A stretch of DNA of 64,000 nucleotides from Raillietiella orientalis (taxonomy: Eukaryota): the NCBI GenBank assembly GCA_036172245.1, contig JAYWIR010000006.1, forward strand, positions 5,518,001 through 5,582,000, given 5' to 3'. The notes beneath the pieces were generated by a model. The model made no database searches. It was not told the DNA's origin and saw only the letters and a program-made list of their open reading frames with translations. The position numbers and the translations under genes were made by a program. This document shows positions 25,900 through 38,900 of the stretch, piece after piece. The stretch's first letter is position 1; each line of letters begins with the position of its first letter.

Positions 25900-27680
25900 G
25901 ATCACACCACTTCCGCTTAATTATAACCCAATTTGGCGGAACGTTCCCTATCGCTCATCCATCAGCAGAATGCAATACGCGGCGGCGGACGAGCACCAAA
26001 TCGAAGGGGAACACCACGGCCGAGGAGCCCGACGCGAACACCCCACTCGGAACGGGGAACACACACACACACTTTCGAGAACACGGATTCCGTGCAGCTT
26101 CCCGTGCACGGCATCTCCCCGCTCCCGGGTACCGTCCGAATTCCGGTCGTCTTCCCACCACGGGGAGATTCGCTGGCTCGAGCGGCGGCGGCGGCGGCGG
26201 CGGCGGCGGGAAGAGCCGCGCCGGATCGTCGTCGCCGTCGTCGTACCCGGGGCGGCGGCACACGGGCCGGTCGCGGACCCCTCCCCAACAGCCCTCTGCC
26301 CCGCTGCTCCCGCAAATTTGCGAGGGGGCGGAGGAGCGTCGACGGCGACGGCGACGATGCAGCCGATCCCGCGAAGGGGGAGAGCTTCACCACGAGAAGG
26401 GAGAAAAAAAAAAAAAAAAAAAAAAAGGAAAAAAAAAAAAAAAAAAGAAAAGGAAAGGGTCCATCGTTGTTCGCCTCCCGGGCCGGGCCGTGGGGCTCGG
26501 CACTTTTGCGCAAGGGCGCACGGGGGGAGGAGGAGGGGGGACTTTTCGAAACGGAGGTGACACGGCGTGGCATGCGCGCCCACCACCACGGGCCGGCCGG
26601 GCGGCAAGGCAACACCGTCCTCCTGGACGACGTGGAAGACGGCCCCGGCGAGGGCCCGCCGGGAACAGCGCGCCCCGTGCAGGGGAACGCGGCGGCTCCG
26701 TCCCCGGAAGACGGGGGAGAGCGTGTTGCATTTGCTGCTGCCGTTCGCATCCGGAAGTGCCGTTCTCCGTTAGGCCGGCGAGCGGGTCGTCGAGCCGTCG
26801 GAACATCCGAAGCAAACGCTTCCGGGGCTGCACGCGGTGTTCCCACTCGGGGGGAGGGGTGCTTCGAGCGGGACGCAAAAAAATCTCAAACACATTTCAG
26901 ATTCGTTTGCTCTCCCGCGATGCATGAGATTTTCCTCCTCTTCTTCTTCCTCTTCTTCTTCTTCGGAGGGGGAGGGGGGGGGGGAGGCGAAAGGACAAAA
27001 AAAAAAAAGAAAAGAAAAAGAAACGAAAGCCGCAAACGCGTATTTTTCTTCGATTCACTCTCAGCTCGACGGTTTTACCCTTAAAATCCGCTTCGAATCT
27101 TTCAGCCGAAAAGAAAGAGGCGGTGGCGGTGGTGGTGGTGGTGGTGGTGGTGGTGGTATATGGGAGTATTTCGGCACATCAAAACGAATCTCAAATTCTG
27201 TCTGAAAGGATTCGCAATTTTATCCCAAACGGCCCTGTGGTTGCCAGGAACCGACCGAGTTTCCCCTCTCGTCTTTGGTTCCTTCCTTTCCGTGCAAGAG
27301 GCGCTCCTTTTTTCCTCTCTTCTTCTTTTCTTTCTTTTTTCTTTTTTTTTTTCTTTCATTTTTTTAAAAAAAAAGGAAAAAAAGAATCTATCAGATATAT
27401 CCGTGTCGATTTCTTCGATAAATTAAGTCCATCCGATAAAAGACGGTGAAAATTGGAACGGGCAGAGGAAGGGATTGTCATTTATTTTTGCTTAGTCGGT
27501 TATTTGTTTTCCGTGTTCAGTGATGCAAAGACAGCGATGATTTCGACGGATGGTCGAAATAATTTCCCGGCGATAATTGATCCGAATTGAAAGAGCAAGA
27601 AAAAAAAAAAAAAGAAAGAAAGAAAGAAAGAAAAAGAGAAGAAAAAAAAAAAAAACTTTTTTTTTTTTTGGTTTTTCGCC
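25900..27680. repeat. CpG-rich low-complexity block, possibly the GATAD2 5' region
   Basis: (GGC)n at about 26183-26208, an A-rich tract at about 26400-26458, (GGT)n at about 27128-27158, and poly-T/poly-A tracts at about 27310-27670. Confidence 0.7.
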
Positions 27681-27739
27681 ACACCTAATTTGGGGTCACG
27701 GAAGCCGTTTGCTGTTTCTGCAGCTCTTGCACCTGGAAG

Positions 27740-28770
27740 CCCTGGTTTAAAGAGCAGTTGCCCCGAGTCCCGTCCAAATCGGGTTGGAGAAAACGAGCAA
27801 CAGGGAATATATTAAATAAGGCTGCGGAGGGAACCCACTCGGTGATTTGCCCTCCCCGCTTGCCGCTCTTGGAAATTTCATTCGAATGCACCTGAAAAGC
27901 GATGGCTGCGCTGCCTAACGAATGCCCAGAGCCGTGCATGTTTGCACAAGATGGGGCCTGATAACCTTTTTCACACGTCGTTTGCGGCGTTCAAATCACA
28001 GCCGGCCGCGGCAAACGGAAGAGGAGGAGGGGATCGACGGGAAGCACGGCGAGGAGAGAGCCGCCGCCGGAGGCGACGCGGAAGCGGCGCTTCCTCGCTT
28101 TTCGGCTGACGGACCCGAACGCCCCCGAAGAGGAGGGAAAGGAAGCGTCCCGATGCGAAGAACACACCCCGTTGGCCCACAGCGGTGTTCCTGCAGGGAC
28201 GTCGGAAACGAATTCGTCAACGGACGCAGAAGCCACTGCTCCGCCACTCGCGCACTCTCCCTCTGCCTCTGCTCGAAAAAACCACGTCGGAAGGAGTCCT
28301 CCCAGTCGCTCGCGAGGCTGCAATCATTTCCCTCTTTCCCGAGCAGACACGGCGCAGCTTTTATTGGAAGCAGAATGGAGAGTCCCCGAATAAGTCCCCC
28401 CCCCCCCCCCCCATTATTCAGCTAGTTGCTTCACGATTATTAAATTGATATTCCGCAGCTCGCATCAAAGCAAGAACTTGGTAACTGCTGCCCCAACCAT
28501 CAGTCAAGTATTTCAATGAAAACAAATTCAGCGAAATCTTGCAGCAGCGTGCATTTCGTGTAGCTCTCTCCCAGTACCCTGCAACAGCTGTTGCCGCCTT
28601 TATAGTCACCTTGATAGGCGGGATAGCTGGATAACGTTTTCAGACTAGACACGGAATGACTTGGAATATGTTACAAAGCACGGAAAGAGGATTACTTACT
28701 ACTTACTGTACGTGGATCTGTGGAGGAAGATGCGATGACCCCGGTTTCACCGGGGGTGATGCGACAGTCC
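27740..28770 (-). mobile_element. Decayed RLE-type RT interrupted by a GC-rich patch
   Basis: The minus strand gives TPGETGV (about 28755, like APGPDGI) and GYWERATRNARCCKI...YLTDGW...AEYQF (ORF 28418-28609). It then gives SGKRGGQ...SAALFNIF (ORF 27685-27939, like GVxQG.PLSPxLFNI). Confidence 0.4.
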
Positions 28771-31439
28771 ACACTTGTCCGTTCATTAGGAAAGGCTGTG
28801 GGAAAAACGAATTTCCTTTTTTTTTTTTATTTTTTCCAGATGAAGGCGAGCTGAACGCAGCAGAGGACGGCACGGAGGCAGCTCTTGAAACGCGGACAGA
28901 CCTCGGGTGCTCCAACGCCGCAGACTGGAGGAGCCATCATCGGCTGGATGACAGCGGATGATCGGAAACCCCCTGCACGCAAAGCCGTTCGAGTGGGTGC
29001 GACGTGCGTGGACCCGTACCAAGGGGACCCGAGCACCTTCGGGCCGGAGGGCCGTCAGCTCGCGGGGGGTCGGAGGGAAAGAGGGCAAGTTCCCTCTCGA
29101 AGAAGTTCCTGTTTTTATGCCGAATCGGGATTTGCCTTTCCCGTCCGGATGGCACCGCCGCAGCCGATTCTTCACTTCTTTCTTCATTCTTCTTTCTTTC
29201 CCTCCGAGCCCTCCCTTGTCCCCGTTCACGGGACAGGCTCACGCGGTGGCTCTGCGCGCGGTGAACCCGGCTTGCGTGTGCTCAGCGGCAGTCATGGAGA
29301 AGTGGACGCGGGCGAGGGATGACCTCAACGAAGCAGGCGGGGCGCGCGTGGCAAAGGATTGCGACGGCGAGCGTCGCCCACCCTCGTCCTGAGTTCACCC
29401 GGATCTCCTTTTGTGGGTTCTCAAGAGAGCGCTGAAGAATCGCCTGCCTCACGAAGCTCTTTGACACCGGCCACTCCGCCCGAGGGTAGGCGCAGCTTTT
29501 TCAGTTATAGGGGGCGCTCCGGGAGGGGAACATCCCGCGAATCCGGGAAGGCTCTGGAGGAAGGAGTCCGTCGCTCTCACGCTTAGGAGGGCCCCGGCTG
29601 GTCAACTGCCGCATCCCTACCGGTCAACGGGGTCGTCTTTGGTTTTCCACCGGTGCCTCCTCCACTCCCGGGTAGGCCAACCAGCATCATCCTGTGGGGA
29701 GCAGCTCGAAACCCACGACGCGTCCCCCATTTCTCGGCATCGACTCCCTCCCCTCCGCGGGCGCAATTCGAACCCGCGATGTCTGGTGCCACGGCCGCCG
29801 ACGCGGGCGGAGTCCCTCCTCCCCCCGTTCGTTCGGCGGCCACCCTCCCAGGCGGAAAGACGCCTCCGAGCTGGCGGCCCGACTTTTCACCTCGAGTTCT
29901 CCTTTCGCAGTCGCCCAGGCCGCCGCCGACCTCTCCACTCCCATCGTCCCCCTCCATTCCCCGGGTCTGCCGTTCCTCCTGGAAGTAGCGGCGCTCACTG
30001 AAACAGCAGCCGAGTGGCGCCGCCCGAGCTCAGGCGCCAAGCAGCAGGCCAGTAGGTGCGGGGGGGGGGGAAGCGAGCTCGGTGGAACCTGCGGAGAACA
30101 GCATGGGTGGGTCGTCAAGGAAGGGGGGGTCATTTCCTTCCCCGGACAGGGAGGACGCACGTTCCCAAGAAGGCGATGGCCGTCGACAGCGAGACCGCCG
30201 TCGCCGCAGCTACCCGGGATCGTCCCGGTACGCGTCCCACGCGAAGCTTCCCGTGGGACGTAGGCATCCCGGTCCCTCGAAATGACGGCGAGAGTCGCGA
30301 CCGGGTACGCCGGTCCTGCAGGCGGCAACGCGAATTCTCTCGCGAGGTGGGCGCGCGGGGGGCGCCAGAGGCCACCCCGCGAAGAAGACGCTGCACAGCG
30401 TCCCCAGGGGGAGCGCTCGCATCTTCCGGCCGGTCGACCTTCAGGGTCTCCGCCGGCTGGTCTCCCGGCGCGGGGCACGAAGCAACCCGCGACGCCCGGG
30501 CGGTCCAGTTGGGATAGACCGAACAGAACCCTGAGGAACGACCTCCCTGAGGGAAGCCGGGAAGTCACCCCGGAAGCGCAGCCACCGCCGTCTTCGCTTC
30601 CGGGGTCATCCCGGGGAAGTGCCGAAGGAACGGAAAAGATAAGCGGAGGCAGAGAACGGGCTGTACCGCGGCCCCGCAGGCCGAGCCACCCGGCGACGGG
30701 ACCGCAAAGGGGAGAGAAGGAAGTGGACGTCGTCAGGGTCACGCGCTCCCCGACCATCAAGGGAAGAAAACCGGATCAGAAGACGCGGAGTGGGATGGAG
30801 GCAAGGGAGGAGGGGGGGGAAGGGATCCCGTGCTTGACCTGAGGTGAAGGTCGTTGCGCGATCTGCTCGCGTTGTGCACGTGTGACACCAGAGGGAAGAT
30901 CGCCGAGTTTCCAGGAGCGACACGATGGACCGCCTGCGGTTTGGACGCGCCTTCGGCCCGCGGGCGAGGTGGGAGAGGGCCTTCCGTCCTTGCACGACCA
31001 GGCGGAAAGCGCGACCCACAAGCAAAGAGAGATGTGCAGAGGTCGCTCCTCCTTCCCTCATAGGGGAGGAGGGCGGGGTGGTCGCAGTTCCGGCTGAGTC
31101 CCGTGCGAGGAGTCCTGGAGGCGATTGCCCAGCGAGGCCTGCACAGGGGACTGCCCGGCGAAGGGGTGGTCAGCTCAACCGCCTCTCCGAGTAAGGGGAG
31201 TCACGGCCCCCCGTCCTGGGTGCAGGCGCGTTCTCCCCTCTCCGACACGAGGCGCGCGCGGTGGCTATCTTGCCCTCGGGAAGGAGGACACGACGGGGGC
31301 GGCATCCTCGTCCGGTGAGGCCAAGAGACACCGTGCCAAGAAGCGTCTTCCGGCTGGAGTCCCATCGGGTATCGTAGGGCCGCGGACTCCCCCCCGGAGG
31401 AACAGCGCAGTTCAATAGTAGGAGGGGACAGTTTTCGAC

Positions 31440-33120
31440 TGGGCCCGGCGCAGTTCGGGCGAGGGTGTTGGGTCGAGACCCCCGCCTGCCCCGGTCCAGC
31501 AGATTGGAGGTGCTCCCTGCAGGGGACGGCCCGACTCAGCGCCTGCAGAGAGGAGCTGACCAGAGAACGTCGCAGGGCCCCTTCCAAGGGCCTTCCAGGG
31601 TGGGTCACCGAGCGGACAGGCCCGGCGGAAGGGTCCTTCCGGACAGGCGTCGTCATCAGAGAGTTGGCCTCCGCCGACCAGCATCCCGGTGCCTTCTCTC
31701 TTCCTGCGACCTCACAGGTCATTCCTGTGGGTTGTGGTGGTTTCTTCGGAAGACAGCTGCTGCGATTTCGGGAGAGGGTGGGGTAAGGAGGACGTGTCGC
31801 CCGTCCCACATGTTCTTCCCGGAACCTTCCGCGGTCCCCTGCAACGAGCAGGAGAGTCACAGACGATGCGACTGCTCCGAGGTCAGTCCGGAGGAGAAGA
31901 CCCGAGGCTTCAGCGGGCGCGATGCTCTCGGCCAGACAGGGGAAGAATAGCCGCAGGGCGGTCCTCGAAGCATCAGGATCCGTGGGGGACCCTTTTACGG
32001 GAGGACTTCTAGACGCCCAACGGGAACGAAGTCACGTGTTCCACCCGCGCAGGGGCTGCGTCCGAGAGGCGACGGCTGAGGGGCGTTTCGTCGCATTCTG
32101 GGGGATGCCCTCCACGGCCCCGGGAGCAGCGAGGAAGGCCGACCTCCGGAGGGGCCGCCGTTGCGGGGGCGGGAAAGCAGTGGTTCCCGCCTGCCTCGCG
32201 CATGCAGCGCGCGGCCGGTCGGCGTCGTCCATGGAGAGCGCAGGGAGGTCAAGCGGTCCTCTCGCGACGGATGGGAGCGGAGGCTGACCTACTCGCCGGA
32301 GCGCCCGAACCTGGCAGACGCATCGCAGCGGATGGCGGTGCCCATGAGATGGCGTGGGCACCGCCATCCCGAGCGGCGCCGCTCGCCGCTCGGGATGGCG
32401 GCAACCCTCGCTGCCCACTGAGAGCCCCGGAGAGTTCGAGGAGGAGGTCGCGACAGGGAGCGGAAGCTCCCGGATTGCTCCGGAGGGGTGGTACCCTCCC
32501 TTCCCCCTGGAGTCGCTGGCGGCCGGCCGGGCGCGAGGACGTCGCTCGCAATGGTGGTCTCCGCGAAGCGAGCGGGTCAGAAGGGCGGGCGGAGCGCACA
32601 CGGTAGGGATGTCCCGGGGGCGAGGCAGAGCACGCGATACCCGGTCCTGTCGCGCGCTCCTGTGTTCCCGGGAGTCCAGCGGAAGGCTTCCCCCCTCCCA
32701 CTGCTGCGCGCTGCCAAGGAAACGGCCGGTGCAGGAGATCCGGCACCGTTCCAAGCTGGCGGGGGCTCCCGGAAGAGGAATCGATACCGGCGGCGGGGAC
32801 GGAAGCTGCAGACAAACAGGCCACTGGGCTCCGAGAGACGATCGCCGGTCTCCAGGAACGGTAGCGAGGACCCCGTTGGCGCGATGCTTCCTGCTCCTCC
32901 TGTCAGGTCTAGATGATGCTGCCAGGGCAGCGCAACCCGGGCAGGTGCCTCCTCCCTCTCTTCATCCTCCTCTTCCCTTCCTCCTCCTCCGGTTAGGTTG
33001 CGTCGAAGGAGACGGCCGTAAGCGCTTCCGGAGACCTCCGTCAGCACTTGCACGGATCGTTCCCCTGGCAGCGTCGTCCTGGGGGTCTCCCACGAACGAG
33101 GCCTGGAGAGGAGTTGAGGC
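31440..33120 (+). mobile_element. Highly GC-rich fossil of an RLE-type non-LTR retrotransposon
   Basis: Colinear remnants across frames: AVRARVLG, PDR, EVSPEEKTRGFSGRD (like LSPxQKGF...DG), DAQRER, CRALLCSRE...SHC...IRH (CCHC plus RHN), TNRPLGSERRSP and IVPLAASSWGSPTNE (IVGALGSW.P.N). Confidence 0.4.
32330..32401. repeat. Two overlapping perfect inverted repeats, 15 bp and 18 bp
   Basis: 32330-32344 pairs with 32355-32369, and 32361-32378 pairs with 32384-32401. Confidence 0.95.
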
Positions 33121-34778
33121 GACCTGGGAGGGCGGGAAAGGAACGCCGGGAGAACACGTGGCACGCGATCCCCGTGGTGTCTGTGCGCGCGGCGTGCGAA
33201 CGCTGCCCTCAGGCGCTAAGCCAAGGACAGTCCCTGGTAATCCTCCGGGGGGTCGGAAAACTGCAGTGCCTGCACGGGGCAACTGGGTGACTCCCGGAGG
33301 AACTCGTGGACAGCTGGCGGGGTGGGATGGTCAGGAAGCGGCTCCGCGCTACCGCAGCAGCTTTCACGAGGGAGGTTTCTCCGGATGATCCGCTTCCCCC
33401 CTCGGAAGCGCCGGCCCCGGGGACGCGCTCTTCTCCACCCGCCCCCTCTGCAGCGCGGCAGGAGCAGGACGGCGACTGCCTCCCGGCCACGACGGCGGGA
33501 GAAGGTCGCCAGGGTGCCCCGCCGGCTGGCGCCCACTTGCCGAGCGGGTGGAGCCGTTCGGGCGTCTCCCGGGGAGAGGTGCCGCGGCGGTCGGCCACAA
33601 GAACTTTCCCTCGCAGTGTCGAGGACCCTTCCGGGTCTCTGGCGGCGATCATTCCGGAGCCGGAGAGAGCGCTGAGAACAAATAAGTCTTCGCCCCCCCA
33701 TCCCAGAGAGATGACGCTCCAGCGAGGGGCGTTTCTTTTTTCAGGATCGCATTGCCCCGAGAGACAAAGGATGGCGCCCGGCGCCCTCCTGCGCAAACTG
33801 GTCTTGCCGATTGGCTCCCGGAAGAGCACGGAGTTACTGCGGGGCCTCCCCTTCCATCCCTCGGCCATCGCTCCCTGGAGCCGTCACTTCGTTCGGGTTC
33901 TTTCCGCTTCCGGGTGAGAGGGGGCTGCTTCCCGTCTGAGGGCTGTGGGTCCCGCTGGGCTAGTGCGCGCAGAGGGAAGAGGTCACCTCCTCCTAGCGCG
34001 CGCTCCGTGAGGAGAGGGCGCCGCGGAGGCAGTCGCAGCAGCTCTTCCGGGAACGCGACGGCGGCGGCGGTGCACCTGCCCCTCCCTTCCCGACGGAATG
34101 GACTCGCCCTCCTCCCCAGGTGGTTCCGCGCTTCGACGCTCTTCCTCCCCCTCCTCCCCCAACTGCGCCTCGTCCTCCGGTCGCCCGGCGGACCACTGAG
34201 GGTCCGTACGCGCCGCCACCGAGGGTCCTTTGGTCAATTTTGTCCGCGTCCGCTTCGCTCTGCAGCCGAGGCAGGCGGCACTCGCTCACGAGTCAAAGGA
34301 GTCCGCCCCCGCCGCCACTCGCTGCGGCCGGGACCACTTCAAGGGGAAGGGAGGGGGTGGGGGGAAGAAAGAGTGATCCCGCAGGAAGGGGGACAGCTGC
34401 GGGAGCTTTTTCTCTTGCACGCCGCGCGCCTGCGTAAGCTCCCAAGCCGCTCCGCGGAGGAGACGCTGTCGAGCGCGCCACGAGATCCAAAAAGCGACCT
34501 TCCGCTTCGCCGCATCTTCGCCGCCGCCTCTGCTGCCCTCTTCCTTCCGGCATGCCGCCGCGACGGTCCCGTGCGGACGCGTCCACGCGGAACGTGCGGG
34601 CGCGGGCGCGCCGCTTCCCGGGACAGATCCGCGCAGCGTCCCCTCGATTTGCCGCCCGCCCGTGGGAAGAAACGATCCGAGAGCGCGGGCGCGCGCACGC
34701 GACCGCCCTCCAAAGTATCGAGGACACCATCGTCCTTTCACTTCCTGAGCTCAGCGCGCACGGTCGAGAGAATACCGC

Positions 34779-34814
34779 CTCTCTCTCTCTCTCTCTCTCT
34801 CCCCGTCTCTCTCT
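34779..34814. repeat. (CT)n microsatellite
   Basis: A run of CT dinucleotides with one interruption. Confidence 0.9.
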
Positions 34815-35887
34815 TCCCGATCTTTCGAGATCCCCCTGCTTCCTTTCGAGTTCACGCGTTCCTTTCCTCCCGACTAGTCAGACCCCGCGTCCCCTGGACA
34901 AGGTCCTCCCGAGAACGGAGGCTTGGCCCGTCGGAAGCAGTTCGCGTGCTTCCCCTCTTCCCTCTCGCGCGCGGGGCGCCAGCGCCAGCGTCGAGCGAGC
35001 TGCCAAACGCTTTTCGCGGTTCCCTCGTTCTGCCGCTCTCCGCGAGAGGGGAGCAGGGAGACGGAAGTCGCACATTGTTCCTGCGGTTTCCCCTCCGTGC
35101 GTGCGCTGGAGCGCGCGCGTTTTCCTTTTTCATCTGTAGCGTACTCCATTGCTCTCGATGCTCACAGATCGCGCCTGCCTGCTTCTCCAGGAGCGCGCAG
35201 AGAGCTGCGATCCCGTTTCGCGTCCCCGCGCCGGTCCCGTGCCCGTTCTCCTGCCTCCTCCTCCTCCCCCTCTTCCTTCCTTTCCCTCCCCCGCCTTCCT
35301 GCCGTCTTCTTTGTTCTTGCCGGAGCCGCCGCGAGATCGCGGCCGCGCGCGTTCCTCTGCCAGCGCCGGCGCGCGCGAGCCACTTTCGATTCCCGCGCAG
35401 AGCGCCCGCGTGCTCCTCCGTTTCCCGCCCCTCTCCCGGGCCCATTGTTGCGCCTCGCCGGAAACGCCGCTGGCGCGACTTTCCGAGGGATTGCTGCGCG
35501 GATGCGTCCGGAGCAAGACGGCAGCGGCGGCGCCGAGACAACCGAACGCAGCAAACGGTTCCCTCGGCAACGGCTCAAGGAATCCGTGCGGGGGAGGGGG
35601 GGAGGAGGGAGGGAGGGACGCGCGAGCTGGGAACGGCGCGAAAAATCCGCTCGGTGTGCCCGAAGAGGGTCAGATGGGAGCGATTAGCCGAACGCGGGGC
35701 GAATCGCGAAATGGTCCAGGGGGCTTTTTCGACTTCTCCGTGAACTCTTCCCCCCTCCCCCTCCTCCAGCCGAAAAGCAGTCGGGGCAGATGTCGTCGCT
35801 CTTCCGATTGCTCGCGCTCTCGCTCGCTCGCCTACCTGCTGCTTGTGCGTGTTCCCCCTTTTTTTTAAAAAAAAAAAAAAAAAAAAA

Positions 35888-35906
35888 CGCGCGCGCGCGC
35901 GCGCGC
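35888..35906. repeat. (CG)n tract after poly-T/poly-A, Z-DNA prone
   Basis: CGCGCG... immediately follows a T run and an A run. A similar (GC)n tract lies at about 38289-38305. Confidence 0.85.
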
Positions 35907-38900
35907 ATGCACGCACATGGCAGCGGTATGTTTGCGGATTTCAGCTTTCGTCCACAGACAAAAAAAAAAGGAAAACCCTGCAGTGCCTCTGCGCGCGTTT
36001 GGATAAAAGGGAAAAGAACAAAGGGGGTGGGGGTGGGGGGGGGGCACGCGCCCGTCCGACGAACGTCCGATTCGGCGGGAACTCGGGTCGCACGCAAACT
36101 CCGTGGCGAGCGGAACGTCCCCTGCGTCCGCATCTTCCCTCCTCCCGGGATGGCGACACAGACATTAGCCAAATGGAGTAGGGTGGTCGCCCTAGAGAAC
36201 GCGGGGCAGCGAGGAGAACCCTTTGTTTGGACCACCTGGCGACTTGGCAATGCTTATTCCGCCCTTGATAAATCGGATGCCCCTACTTCGTTTCGAGTTC
36301 CCTGAACGGAAGTTACATCCCTCGTCGGCGACGCCTAGCAACGACAGCGAGCTCCGTGTCTTACACTGGATGGGAATGGGGAAAAAGAAGTGGACTCGGG
36401 CGTTCAAGTGCGGAAATGCGGGCTGAAGAAAGCAGCCCTGGGCAAACGAGAGCTGCCCGGCACCGTGGACGTCCACTGCGGTCCACTGCGAACGAGCGGC
36501 CGCAGCTAACGAGCCACGCTTTCCGTAATCATTAGCCCGAAACTTCGGCATCTCATTGACCCGCAATCACGCGGCTGATGATGCAATTCCCGAGAGTGGG
36601 TGACGAAAGAGAACTCGGCCTGACGAGGCTGGAGATCGGAAAAGGCGTAGCTGCGCGCGCGTCTCTCTTCCAGCATCCGACGCGAACTCGGACTGGGGTC
36701 CACAGGGAGAAGAGGGAGGGAAGAGAAGCGCATGAAGCGGCGTTCTCCCGTCGCCTCGCGCGGTCCGTGCGAACTCGCCGGGTGGGATGGGCGGCCGCCG
36801 CACCCGGGAAGGACCGCTCTCCCGCCGGGTCGGCGCTGCCTCGTTCGACGACGGGAGGGGGAAGCGACGCGGCTGCAGCCGTGATGACCTCCCGGTCCCG
36901 CAGGCGCTTCGCACGTCTCTGCGGAGGAGGCGGCGTTCCGTTCCGCGAAAGTCCAACCGTGGGGGGAAGGGGAGGAAGGAACGCGCGCGCAGACCCGGAT
37001 GAAAGGAGAAACCGCTGATGCACGCAGAAAGGCGACGACGGCAAGCTTGTGTATCAGGGGTACCAGGACGACCGTCCTGGCTGCAGCATCCGGCGTGCCT
37101 TCACCCGGTGGCGCTGGCGGGCACGCGGCGCGCGAAAGACCCGTGCGTCCCCCGAGTGAAATGGAGCACCTGGAAACCCCGTTGCGACCTTGAAAACGTG
37201 AGGTTTGCTGGCCGTTCCTGCCGGCGGAAACCGGCGAGAGCAGGTCAAGACGAGGCGGTTTCTCGCTCGCTCGTTTGCTCTTCGTCCCGTGGAGAGAGAG
37301 AGGGGGCGAACTGCTCCAAGAAGCCCCCTGGCGCTCTCTTTTGTTTCGCTTCCCATTCCCTGAAGCAGCTCGGCGCGCGCTGCAGCTGGCCACACCGCGA
37401 GATCCTCAGCTGCAGAACCGTTGCCTTGCCGACAGACTCCCCGATGCTGAACTTCCCACTCAACCATCCAGATGCCTCTCAGCTTCCTGAAGTGGGGGAG
37501 CTGGCGAAACTGACTTCCCGAAGGTCCGTCCCTCCCTCCCCCTCCCCTTCTTTCCCCCCGCGTCCCACGGACGCAGCGCCCTCGCCGGGAGCGCTCTCAC
37601 GCGGGAGCGCGAGCGCGTTTCCTGAGGGACACTGTTGGGTCGCTGGGATTTTTTTTTTCAGTGTCACCCTGGTCGGTCCTGCTCCCCCGCTGCCACCGTT
37701 CTCAGCGCCGTTGGTTGCTTCTGCTTTCACTCTTTATCCATTCTCTCTGTGGTTCTCATGACCACGACGCTTACGGCCCTAACTGTTGCCGGGAGCCATC
37801 ATCGCCCGGGAATAGGGATGTTGTTCACTTCTACGATGGCATGGCTACATTACCCCTCTCGCTGCATCGTCATGGTTACTGGCCAGTTGCCTTCCATCCT
37901 TCCACCTTCTCGTTACCGCTGCCTGTTCTCACAATCGTCCACATTGCTATTTGGTTCACCGCCGTTCTCGATTCTCATCCTGACTGTCATCAACGACAAC
38001 GAGAACTTCGCCGCCCTCCCCGCCTCATCGTCATTGCCAGGCCGAAGCCGAGTCTCGCACGCCTCTCCCCTGCGGCACCGCGCGCGTGACGCATGCGCTC
38101 TCCGCCGAGGGAAGGCGCGCGCGTCTATCCTGTTCTCCCGAGGGAAGAGGGAGCGCTAAGCGCTTCCGGTCGACGAACGCGCGCGCGACCATTCCGCAAG
38201 AGGCGCACGGGACGGGAGCGCCGCGCTTCTGCGACGGCGAGTAGCGGCATTTGCGGTGGCGGCCGCGCGAGGGGGCGGTCGGCGCGAAGCGCGCGCGCGC
38301 GCGCGCCGCTGCCATCAACGGCGCCTGCTCGACGCGTAGCCGTCGCTCGCGGGGGGACCTCCGAGGAGGACGGGATGCGTCGACGACTTGCCGACCGGAA
38401 CCCTCCCTCCTCCCCCTTTTCTCCCCGCTTCCTTAGCAGCGCGGCGCAGCTGATCGAGCGCATCGAATCCTCCCGGGGGAACCACGCCAACGATGACGAC
38501 CGCGACGAAGACGCCTTTCGTCGCTTTCCGCGGGGGATCGCCGGGGAAGCGTGAGACGCCATGTTCGTTTTCGTGTGCTCCCTGCAAGTGCCGTTGGCAA
38601 TCGAGCCGACGGCGCGCCCATCACCAGGAGCTACCGCTCCCACAGGGCAGTCCGTCTCTTTGGTTTCTGCCGAAGACCAGCAAGCTGCGGACGAAAGGGG
38701 GAAGAGCTCGTTCCCCAGAGAGGCACAGCGGCTTCGAGCCCGGAGCGGCTGATCGGTCCCCAGCGTTGCGTGTGGAGGAAGACGGAGGGAATCCGTCTCC
38801 AGGGAAACTGCATGCAGCCGAAAAGAGCCGATCCTGTCGCGGCGGCAGCAGCTTACCGTCCAGGTGCGCGCACTCGAGACGGGGCGCGGTCTCTGGATAT

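Noticed and set aside
33752..35743. 663-aa ORF and the many other long overlapping ORFs in the GC-rich blocks (e.g. 16333-17388, 25933-27084, 29687-30760)
   Set aside because: They are Arg/Pro/Gly/Ala-rich, open in several frames on both strands, run through microsatellites and show no recognisable domain. This is expected when stop codons are scarce at high GC.
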